A DNA stretch of 64,000 nt from positions 156,240,001-156,304,000 of the forward strand of contig OZ296648.1 in assembly GCA_965655095.1 (NCBI GenBank), written 5' to 3'. Below the pieces are notes generated by a model that saw only the letters and a list, made by a program, of their open reading frames with translations, was not told where the DNA came from and did not search any database. Each line of letters begins with the position of its first letter. Position 1 is the stretch's first letter. Shown one piece after another: positions 42,701-53,711 of this stretch. The stretch comes from Haplodiscus bocki. Taxonomy: Eukaryota. Made by a program: the position numbers and the translations under genes.

Positions 42701-44569
42701 CTTCCTGATTTGATGTTTTGCAAACAACCTTTGGACGACTTTAGGCGAAGTTTTTACCAAATAAGAAGCGGAATTCTTATTCTCCCGGCTCTGCATCAGT
42801 GCAAAGTCATCCAGATGGGGTAATTCGATTCTTCAATTGGTTGAATTAGCATCGTACTACCAGTGAATTATACCAAAGTCCATGTTTGTTTCGCGTAAGA
42901 AGTGAATGTTCTGCAGCAGTGTGTTTTCTTCAACGCCAAGAATTTTACAATTTGGATTTTTTGTGGACTTTGATTGCACTAGCTCAAGTTAATTTCGCAA
43001 GTCATTGGGACACTTCAATTGCTATTGCAAAGCTTTTGGAACGTGAAGTTGTGGTGTGGTTTTTTTTTCGGCAGACGCATGTCGTAGTTTTGTCGGTTAA
43101 AACCTGAAAAGGGAAAGTTACCGTCAGGTTTTTATTGGCCTCGCCTCGCCACTGGTCGAAATTTACCTCGTCACGTGTTAGTTGTTGAAGAATTAATTTT
43201 TTAATTTTTGCATAGTTTGTAGACGGTTTTAACGCCCATTTGCTGACACTATCTCAAGTGAGCACAACTGGGTCAGAACTAAGTGAGTGATGCTTCTGAA
43301 AAAAGTACGGAAGTGATCTATGAAGTACTTGCTTTGTTCTATGAACGAAGCAGACTTGTAAATATTTTCCGACAGCCGAAACAATTCTCAGAAATTTTGA
43401 TTCCACTGAAAACAAAGCTCTGAGACAAAGTTTTCCTTCTTAGCGCACATTATTCCCAACAGAGATCTTGTTATAACGTGATTAGAAAAAATGTTTATTG
43501 GGTAAAATATTTATCGTCGGTCAGCTTTTGAAGAATTGTACAATGATGAAAAACGTTTAGTAGTCCCGAGGTTTGTCGCAAAATGAAATTGGTTTTGAAA
43601 ACCACCTGATTCACCGCTCAAGAGTATACAACAGATCAAACACAGAGCCCCAGAAATCAGAAAAACTATACTGATAACCAGCAGCTTTTTTCCCATTAAC
43701 AACACGTAAAACCCAATTTCTTTGATTGGTGTCTTTATGGCAAACCACAGGTTTTCTTGAATTTTCGCCATTTACGTCAAGCCACATTTTCTACGTATCA
43801 ACACTTTGTGAGATATTACTTCCAGTTGCTTTTTGGACACAGTCACATCGTAATGCTAAGTGTTTGATGGAAAAACTAAAGTTCCTATATTGATGTCTTT
43901 TAAAAAAAACTTTGCACTTCTTTCAGCGAAAAATCTTACGTAAAAGGAGGCCGAATTCTTGTTATCTCGGTTGTGCATCGGTGCAAAGGCATCCAATTGG
44001 CGTAAGTCGATTGTTCAATTAGTTGAATTAGCATCGTACTAGCGGTAAATTATAACAAAGTCCACGTTTGTTTCGCGCAAGAGGTGAATGTTCTGCAAAA
44101 GTATGTTTTCTTCAACGTCCAGACTTTTACAACATTTTTTGTTGTGGATTTTGACTCTTTGATTGAACTAGCCGTAGTTAAATTCGTCAGTCATTGGGAC
44201 ACTTCAATTGCAATTGCAAAACTTTTGGAACGTAAAAATGCGACTTGGTTTTTAATTCAGCGGATGCATGTCGAAGTTTTGTCGGTTAAAACCTGAAAAA
44301 AGAATGTTTCCGTCAGTCTCTTGTGGGCCTCGCCTCGCCACTAGTTGAAAATTACCTCATCACATTTTCGTTGTTGAAGAAATAAACATATAAATTTTGC
44401 ATGGTTTTTAGACGGTTTTAAAGCCCATTTGTTGACATTATCTCAAGTGAACACAAGCGGGATCAGAACTAAGTGAGTGATGCTTCTGAAAACTGTACGG
44501 AAGTGATATATGAAGTACTTGCTTCGTTCTATGTACAAAGCAGACTTGCAAACTTTTTCCGCCAGCCGA

Positions 44570-47500
44570 AAGAGCGCTCAGAACTCTTGATTCCAGCCAA
44601 AAACCTGAGCCCCTACACAAAATTTTCCCTCTTAGCGCACATACCTTCAAACAGAGAACATTTTGCAAAAAAAGTAAAAAGTGTTTTCAGGGTCAAGATT
44701 TTGCCTTCGATGAATTTTTCAGAATTATACAATGCCCAAAAACGTTCAGATAGCGCAAAACTTAACCCAAAATGAACTTGTTTTTGAAAAAAATCAGCTG
44801 TTTCTCCGGTCAAGAGTATACAGCAATTCAAGCTTAGAGTCCGAGAAGTCAGAGAAAACAGTACTGTAAACGAATGGCTCATTCCCCATGAAGATCACAT
44901 TGTCCCCATTTTTCCAACCGATGAGTTTTTGGCCTAACATAGGTTATCCAGGAATCTTGCTATTCAGGTCAAGCCAATGTTTTCCAAGTATCACCACTTT
45001 CTGAGATGTTATGTACAAAGGATGAAAAATTATGTTTTTTCCGTTTTCTATCAGTTCAGAGGCAGCCAATTGGTTAATTGGATCCTTTAATTGGTTGAAT
45101 TAGCTTCCTACTACCAGTAATTTAGAGCAAATTCAACGTTTTTCTAGCGTAAGCGGTAACTTTTCTGCGAAGAATTTTTTCATCAAATCCCCCAGACTTT
45201 GCCAGTTTGGATTTCAAGTAAAATTTGATTGCATCAGCCGAACTTGGCTTCGCAAGTCATTGGGACACTTCAGTTGCTTTTGCAATATTTCGGAACATTA
45301 ATTTGTGTTGTGGTTACTTTTTCAGTTTGTGGAACTCAAAGTCTTGGCAGTGAAAACCTGGAAGAGAATCTTTCCGTCAGATTTTCATTTTTTTTGCCGC
45401 GCCACTGGTAGAAAAGCACATAGCAAAATTTTTGTTGGTACATAAATACAAATTTCCCTTGGGCCTTGAATGTAAACGGTAATAACGCTTCCTTGCAGAC
45501 ATTATCTCAAGTGAGCCCACTGATAAAATTTTTAAAGGCCTCGCCTCACCACTGGTAAAAAATCACCTAGCCACGTTTTCGTAAGTACATAAAGACAAAA
45601 GTCACTTTTGCGCTGTTTGTAGACGGTTTTAACGCCCATTTGCAGACAATTTGTCCAGTGAGCAGCACTGGTAACTGAACTAAGTGAGTGATGTTTCTGA
45701 AAACTGTTTGGAAGTGACTTTTGAAGTAACTACTTCGTTCTACGTACGAAGCAGAGATATCAGAAATTTTCGGACAGCCAAAAAAATGCTCAGAACTCTT
45801 GATTCTGGTGGAAAAAAACTGAGCTCCTACACAAAGTCTTCCTTCTTATTGCAAATACCTCTAATCACAGAACATTTTGCAAATTGAAAAAATGAAAGTG
45901 TATTCAGGGTCAACATTTTGCCTTCAAGATTTCAAAAAAAGTACAATGCAGAAAAACGTTTAATTGTGCCAAAACTTGTCCAAAATTGAGCCTACTTTTG
46001 AAAAACATATGTCTTTCCGGTGGAGTATACAGCAGATCAAACATAGAGTCTGAGACAACTCAAAAAAGAGTACCATTAAGGAGTGGCTCATTCCTCATGA
46101 ACATCACTTGGTAACCATTTTTCCGATAGCTGATATTTTGGCAAAACGTAGGTTTTCCAGAAACTTTGCCATTTACCACAAGTCACTGAAATGCAAGGAT
46201 TATCATGTCGTCGGATATTAAGTCCGGTTGTTTCTGTGTACGAAATCACAATACATTGACATTTGTTTGATAAAGGAATCGAAACTTCCTGATTTGATGT
46301 TTTGCCACTTGTTTTTGGACTTTTTTCAATGAAATTCTTACGAAAACAGATGGGAAGTTTTTGTTTTTTTTGGTTCCCGTCTGTGCAAAGGCATCGAAAT
46401 GAATTGATTTGAGTCTTCAATTGGTTGAAGTAGTACCCATGTTTTCGAACGCTGATTTTTTTTGGCAAAACACAGGTTTCTTAGAAATCTGCCCCTTTAG
46501 GCCCAGCAAAAAATTTCCAAGTATCATCATTTTGTCAGATGTTGTTTCCGGTTGCTTTTGATGACTAGTTCACAACGTAATGCTCTTTGTTTGATTATAT
46601 GAATAAAATTGCCTAATTTAATGTTTTGCCAAAAAATTGTGGATACTTTCAGCGGAGTGGTCTAGACAGAAGAGCAACATTCAAGTTTTTCTGGTTCTCC
46701 ATCAGTGCAAAGGCATCCTTTTGGGCTAATTCGATCTTCAATCGGTTGAATTAGCTTCCCACTACTGGTGAGTGGTGACTTTTCTGCAGAAAAAAGTTTT
46801 CTTCATCTCTCCAGTTTTTTCAATTTTGAAGTTCTTGTGGATTTTGATACCACCAGCCGAAGTTGTTTCCGGAAGTCAATGAGACACATCAATTGCTTCT
46901 GCAATGCTTTTGAAATTTAAACTTTTGATGTGGTTTCTTTTTCAGCAGATGCATGTCAAAATTCTTTCGGTGGAAACCTGGAAAGAGAGTGTGTCAGTCA
47001 GACTTTTAATGGCCTCGCATCGCCACTCTTAGAAAAGAACCTCGCTATTATTTCGTTAGTACATAAATACACATTTCAATTCTGCATTGCATGTAGACAG
47101 TTTCAACACCCATTTGCAGACATTATCTCAATAAAGGCACTACTGGTAGATGAACAAAGAGAGTGATGTTTCTGGAAACACTAATGGAGTGATCTTCGAA
47201 GTACTTGATTCGTTCTACGTACGAAGCAGAGTTGCAAATTTCATTGACAGCGAGAAAAATTCTCAGAAAACCTGATTTTTGAAAAAAAAACTAACCTCTT
47301 ACACAAAGTTTCCTTCTTAGCCCAGAAAACGTCAAAAAAACGCAAGATGTTGCAAATTAAATATTAAAAAGTGTTTTCATTGTCAAAATTTGCCTTCGGT
47401 GATTTTTCCAAAATCATACAATGCCAGAAAACGTTTAGTTGTCACGAAATTCGTCTCAAAAAGAACTTTTTTTGGAAAATCAGCTGCTCCTCTAGTCAAG

Positions 47501-50500
47501 AGTATACAGCAAACCAAGATAAGAGTCCGAGAAATCAAAGAAAAGGGTACTGTAAATGAGTGGCTCATTCCCCATGAACATCACGTTGTACCCATTTTTC
47601 CGACCGCTGAAATATTGGCGAAAAAAAAGTTAATCAGAAATCTTTTCATGTACCTCAAGCCAATATTTTCCAAGTATCATCACTTTCCTAGATGTTACAT
47701 CCGGTTGCTTTTGGCGCCACACTCACAACGCAATGCCATTTGTTTGATGAAAAAAATAAAACTTCCTTATTTGATGTTCGGCCAAAAGTTTGTGGACTTC
47801 ATTCACAAAAGTTCTTAGGAGAAGAAAGGGGAAATTCCTGTCTTCCCCGTCTTCTATCAGTTCAAAGCCATCCAATTGGGATAATTCGGTTCCTCAATTG
47901 GTTAAATTAGCTTCGTACTACCGGCGCGTTAGAGCAAAGTCTATGTTTCTGTCGCGTAAGTGGTGATTTCTTGGCAAAAGTGCTTTCTTTAGCTTTCGAA
48001 CATTTCCAACTTTCAATTTTTAAGGACTTTGATTGCACCAATCGAAGTTGTTTTCGCAAGTCATTGGGACACTTCAATTGCTTTTGCAATGCTTTGGGAC
48101 ATTAAATTGTGATGTGGTTACTTTTTCAGCCGGTGCAACTGAAATTTTTGGCACTGAAAACCTGGAAGAGAATGTGTCCGTCGGATATTCATTGTTTTTG
48201 CCTCGCCACTGGCGGAAAAGCACCTAGCCACATTTTTGTTGGTAAATAAAAACAAATTTCACTTTGGCCTTGATTGTAGATGGTAAGACACCTCTTTGCA
48301 GACCTCATCTCAAGTGAGCACCACTGGTAGTCGAACTAAGCGAGTGATGCTCCTGAAAACTGTGTCGAAGTGATTTTTTAAATGCTTGCTTCGTTCGGTG
48401 TGCGAGGCAGAGTTGCGAACATTTTCCAACAGCCAAAAAATTTCTCAAAAATGTCGATTCCATTAAAAATAATCAAAGCCTACCCAAAGATCCGAAGCCA
48501 ACCTTCTTAGTGCACGTACCCCAAAACATAGACCAACATGTTGCAAATTAAAAAACCAAAAATGTTTTCAAAGTCAATATTTTGCCACCGGTGAAGTTTT
48601 CAAGAACTCTAAGTCGGGGAAAACAATTTATTTCTCGCGAAATTTGTCCGAAAATGAACATCTTTAAGAAAATCACCTGTTTCTCCGGTCAAGAGTATCT
48701 AGCAAATCAAACGAAGATTCCGACAAATCACAGAAAGGAATACTGTTAACCAGTGGTTCATTCGACAAGAACACCGCGTAGTTTTCCTTTTTTTTCTAAC
48801 CGCTGAGTTTTTGGCAGAACACAGGTTTTCAGGAAACCTTGCCAATTACGCAAAGCAAATATTTTTCAAGTATCATACCTTTGTCAGATGTTACGTCCGA
48901 TTGCTTTTGGGGGTGAGATAACAACGTACTGCTTTTCGTGTGTTGAATTAACAAAAACCTAATTTTTTGATTTCTTGCTTAAAGTTTTCCGACTTCTTTC
49001 ACAGAATTTTTTACGAAAAAAGAGGGAAAATTCGTGTTTTTTTTGTTTTTCTTCAGTGCGAAGGCATCTAATTGAGTTAATTTGATTCATGAATTAGTTG
49101 AATTAGCTTCGCACTGCCGGTAATTTATAGCAGGGTCTCTGTTTATCTTGCGTGAGTGGTGTTTTTTCTACAGAAAAAATATTCCTCAATTCCCCAGACT
49201 TTCCCGTTTGAAATTTTGGTGAACTTTGATTGCACCAGGTGAATTTGTTTCCAAAAGTCATTGAGACACTTCAATTTCCATTACAATGCCTTTGGAGGGT
49301 AAAATTGTGTTAAGAGTTCTTTTTCAGCCGTTGTACATCAAAGTTTTGGCGGTGAAAAGTTAAAAAGAGAAAGTGTCCGTCAGATTCCAGTTGGCTTCGC
49401 CTCGCCACTGGTAGAAAAACACCTCGCTACAGTTTTGTTCGTACAAACATACACATTTCACTAATGTATTGACTATAGTTGGTTTAATTGCCCATTTGCA
49501 GACAATATCTCAAGAGAGAACTACTGGTAATTGTACTAAGTTGGTGATGTTTCTCGAAACTGTACTTTGACCTTTGAACTACTTGATTCGTTCCACGTAA
49601 GAAGCTGAGCTGCAAAACATCCCTGATAGCCCAGAAAAAGCCCGAAACTTTCTTTTCCGGTAAACAAATTGAACTCCCAGACAAATTTTTAAAACTTAGC
49701 ACGCATACCTCCAAACAATGAATAACATGTTGAACATTACGTTATGGAAAAAAATTTGTTTGTCAAAAACTTGCAAACTTGCCTTCGGTGTTATTTGAAG
49801 AAATTTAGGTTGCCGGAAAACGTTTAGTTCTGCCAAAAAATGACCAAAAAAGAAGTGTTTTTTGAAAATCACCTCTTTCTTCCGGTGAAGATTATACAGC
49901 CGATCAAACACAGGGTCCAAGAAATCACAGAAAAGAATACTGTTAAACAGTGGCTCATTCCCCGTGCACATCACGTTGTACCCATTTTCTCCGACCGCTA
50001 AAATTTTTCCAAAACACAGTTCTGCTAGAAACCTTGCCAATCATGTCAAATTAATGCTTTCAAAGTATCATCACTTTGCCAGATGTTAGGTCGAGTCGCT
50101 TTTGAGTACAAATTCACAACCTGATGCTATTTGTCAGACGAAGTAAATATCTTACTTTGATGTGTTGCCTAATGTTTCCCAACTTCTTCCAGCGAAATTT
50201 TTACGGAAAAGGAAAGAAATCATGCTTTCCCGGTTCATCATCTTTGCAAATGCATCCAATTGGGTTGATTTGATGCTTCAATTGTTTAAATTAGCTTCCT
50301 ACTACCGGTACATAGAAGCAAAATCTAAACTAATCTCGCGTTTTCAGTGATTTTTCAGCAGAAAAACGTTTTCTTCATTTCCCCAGATTTTCGTCAAATA
50401 ATTTTTTGTGAATTTTGCTTGCACGAGCCGAAGTTGTTTTTGGAAATCATTGAGACACTTCAATTGCTATTGCAATACTTTTGGAAGGTAAAAGAGTGAT

Positions 50501-52855
50501 ATGGTTTTTTTTCAGCCGTTGCCAATCAAACCTTCAGCGGTGAAAACCTGGCAAGAGAATGCGTCCGTCAAATTCAAACAGGCCTCGCCTCGCCACTGTT
50601 AGAAACTCATCTCGCCACATTTTTGTTGGCACATATAAACACATTTCACTTTTGCATTGAATTTAGATAGTTTTAACGCCCATTTGTAGACAATATCCCA
50701 AGAGAGCACTACTGGTAAATGGACTCACTGGGTGATGTTTCTGAAAACTGTATGGAAGTGATCTTTGAAGTAGTTGTATCATTCTACGTACAAAGTTGAG
50801 CTGCAAAACTTTCCCGACAGCCGAGAAAATGCACAGAACAGTTGATTCCCGTAAAAAATGAACTCCCGGACATAATTTCCTATCTCAGTGCACCTACCTC
50901 CAAACATAGAACAACATGTTACACATCACGTTTTAAAAAGAGTTTTCGGGGTGAAAGTTCTGCCTTTGTGTTTTTTGAAGAATTTCAGGTTGCCAAAAAG
51001 GTTTAGTTCTCGCAAAAATTGCTACAATGGATGTCATTTTGAAAATCAGCTGTTTCTCCGGTCATTAGTATCCAGCAGATCAAACATTAAACAAAGAGCC
51101 CAAGAAATCACAGAAAATATTTTTGTTAAACAGTGACTCATTCCCCATGAACATCACGTATTACGCATTCTTTCCAACTGCTGAAATTTTTGCGAAACAG
51201 AGTTTTTCTAGAAACCTTGCCGTTCACGTCCAGTCAATGTTTTCCAAGTATCATCACTTCGTCAGATGGTACGTCCAGTTGCTTTTGGGTACAAGTTCAC
51301 AACTTAATGCTACTTGTTTGACAAATTAACTAAACCATCCTACGTTGATGTCTTGCCATAAGTTTTCGGACTTCTTTCGGCGAAGTTTTCACGTAAAAAG
51401 AGGGGAATTCATGTTTTTCCGGTTCGTCATCAGTGCAATGGCATCCGATTGGGTTGATTGGACTGTTCAATTGTATAAATTGGTTTCCTACTTCCGTTAC
51501 ATAAAACAACGATATCTTCTCGCGTATTTGATGACTTTCCAGCAAAAAAATTTTTTATCTACTCCCCAGACTTTCCACATTGAGTTCTTGTTGGATTTTG
51601 ATTCCACCAGCTAAAGTTATTTTCGAAAACCAATGAGACACTTCAACTGCTATTGCAGTGCTTTCGGAACGTTAAATTTTGATGTGGTTTTTTTTCAGCG
51701 GTTGCAAATGAAACCTTCGGCGCTGAAAACTTGAAAAAAAAATTGTCCGTTAGATTCATATTGGCCGCGCCCTGCTACTGGTAGGAAATCACCTCGCCAT
51801 TTTTTTGCTTGTACTTATTTACACAATTCACTTTTGCATTGAATATAGACTGTTTTAACTCTCATTTGCAGATATTTCCTCAAGAGATCACCACTGGTAA
51901 CCGAAATAACTGAGTAATGTTTTTCAAAACTCTGTGGAAGTCATCTTCTGCGACAGTTGAAAGAAAGCTAAGACTCTTGATTCCACTAACAAAAATCAGC
52001 TCCTGCACAAAATTTTCCTTCTTAGCTCACATACTTCCAAACATAGAACAACATGTTGCTCAGTAAATAATTGAACGTATTTTCGGAGTCAAAATCCTGC
52101 TTTAGTTGAGTTTTTAACGAATTGTATTTTCCTCAAAAAAAAGGCTCGGTTCACCCAAAAAAATTCAAAAAATGAACTTCATCACTTTGTCAGATGTTAC
52201 ATTCGGGTGCTTTTGGGAGCAAGTTCAAAACGTGGTGCTATGTTTGTTTTAAGAAAGAATTGGAACTTCTTTGTTTGTTCTGCCAAAAAGTTTTTGGTTT
52301 TTAGAAGTTTTTACGAAAAAAGATCATGTTTTTCTTTTACAAAATTGGCAAGTTTCTCCGGCTCTCAGCTGTGCAAAGGCATCCAATTGGGTTGATTTGA
52401 TTCTCCAATTGGTTGCGGAGCTTCGTAATACCGGTACATTAGGCCAAATTCGGTGTTTTTCTCGGGTAATTGGCGACTTCTCTGTAGAAAATTGCTTTCC
52501 ACATCTACATAGACTTTTCCAACTTGGATTTCTCGTGGACTTTAGCCGAATCTGCTTTCCACAAGTCATTGGCACACTTCAATTGATGTTGCAATGCTTT
52601 TGGAGCAAAAAAAGTGCAATGTAAATTCCTTTTGAGCCGTTGCAACTCAAAATATTGGCGTTGAAAACCAGGAAAAAGAATGTTTCCGTCAGATTTTTAT
52701 TGTTTTCGCCTCATCACATCTAATAAATTGTCTAGCCATATAGTTTTTAGTATATGAATACACCTTTATTTTTGCATTATATGTAGACGGTTTCAAGACC
52801 CATTTGCAGACATCATCCCAAGTGAGCACCACTGATAGCTGAACTAAGTGAGTGA
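44570..52855. repeat. Old, degenerate flank of array 1 (diverged monomers with internal deletions and duplications)
   Basis: Monomer motifs are still recognisable but heavily substituted. Unit lengths are irregular (1,211, ~1,477, ~1,180-1,200 and ~937 bp). Confidence 0.88.
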
Positions 52856-52924
52856 GGTCAGAAAAGAAGATTCCGTGATTGAATAGAAGGGTTGCGTAAA
52901 TTCGCATATGTCGAAAGATTTTGT

Positions 52925-53104
52925 TGCTGCTAAGAGGTTCTTGCAGATTCAGCTCGAATTAACCCAATTACGGGTGCGTCAGGAGAGTGTAAAGATTTTT
53001 AATAGAAGAAAAAAGCGGGAACATAGGGGATAAAAACCGAAATTGTCCGAAAATGGTTTCTCACACCCGGGTTCATATGTTCTCCAAACATTTTGGCAGC
53101 AGCA
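52925..53104 (-). repeat. Putative 3' LTR (TG...CA, 7-bp terminal inverted repeat TGCTGCT/AGCAGCA); may extend to 52,853
   Basis: 'tgctgct' at 52925-52931 and 'agcagca' at 53098-53104. Preceded on the minus strand by a PPT, with an internal ATTAAA poly(A)-like signal. The partner LTR is not in the window. Confidence 0.55.
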
Positions 53105-53116
53105 TTCCCCCCTTTC
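53105..53116 (-). promoter_or_regulatory. Polypurine tract (plus-strand priming site) of the minus-strand LTR element
   Basis: Plus-strand 'ttcccccctttc' equals minus-strand GAAAGGGGGGAA, immediately 5' of TG. Confidence 0.6.
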
Positions 53117-53553
53117 ATACTTAATGAGCGGTTCGCATTTTTTCTCCAAGGGTCATGAATAATATACTATATTGCGGTTTTACCACTAACTTGCCTGGCG
53201 GCTCCTTAGTAATAAATCCGACATTATAGCCGCTCGCTCATTCGCTGCGCTCATTGACCGGCTCGTTTGCTTTCAGCTCACATCACCTCTCGCTTATACT
53301 ATTGCTCACATCTATCGCGTTTCGCCTCTTCGCCTTTTTGACTCGCTTCTACGAAGCTCGGAGGATGCCCGACTAACGTCTCGCATAACAGATATAGAAT
53401 CATGTGCTCGTTATTTTCCACTACATAAAAAACATACTCGAATTAAATACAGATGCATGAAAATGTGTATAAATAATTCAACATTAACGTAGAATTGAAA
53501 AAAATACACCTCTATTTTTATGTATACGCGAGAGTGAAATATTATTTAGTTGT

Positions 53554-53638
53554 AAGATATGATTTCTCAGAAATATGTGTACTTAACATGAATACATACA
53601 CCTATGTTTTGGTTGAAAGATATGATTTCTCAGAAATA
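53554..53638. repeat. 22-bp direct repeat (aagatatgatttctcagaaata) x2, 63 bp apart
   Basis: Exact copies at 53554-53575 and 53617-53638. Confidence 0.9.
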
Positions 53639-53711
53639 CGTAAAAATGTGTGCTGTAACTTTACTAGCAAGATAACTACCACTTAGATATCTCCATGATT
53701 ACATACTTGTC

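Larger units (their letters stand above)
1..52855. repeat. Tandem macrosatellite array 1, ~45 head-to-tail monomers of ~1,183 bp (continues off the left edge)
   Basis: The landmark 'gaactaagtgagtgatgcttctgaaaattgtacggaagtgatc' and its short ORF (MSDASENCTEVIYEVLASF...) recur at 781, ~1893, 3069, 4178, ~5366, 6547, 7727, 8910, 10097, 11280, 12464, 13650, 14834 ... 44473, 45684, ~47161, ~48341, ~49541, ~50729, ~51910 and ~52847. Spacing is mostly 1,180-1,196 bp and all copies have the same orientation. Confidence 0.98.

Noticed and set aside
44473-47818. Plus-strand ancestral ORF for array 1 (MEVIFEVLASFYVRSR...; ORFs 44473, 47390, 2259)
   Set aside because: Locally open, but joining the pieces needs more frame changes and has consensus stops. 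The minus strand gives a longer single-frame chain. Not fully excluded.
1-52855. CRISPR array or other repeat-spacer system
   Set aside because: There are no short constant repeats with unique spacers. The entire ~1.18-kb unit is repeated and no cas-like genes are present.
382-52907. The many 60-177 aa ORFs in the track as individual protein-coding genes
   Set aside because: They are recurring fragments of one satellite monomer in several frames on both strands, many starting at GTG/TTG, and are broken by copy-specific stops and homopolymer indels.
53563-53571. STAT-like TTCTCAGAA sites here and in each array-1 monomer
   Set aside because: The short motif is common in AT-rich DNA and there is no gene context to support function.
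53495-53686. 63-aa ORF with a repeated RYDFSEI motif
   Set aside because: It starts at TTG, and the peptide repeat simply reflects the 22-bp DNA direct repeat in AT-rich non-coding sequence.
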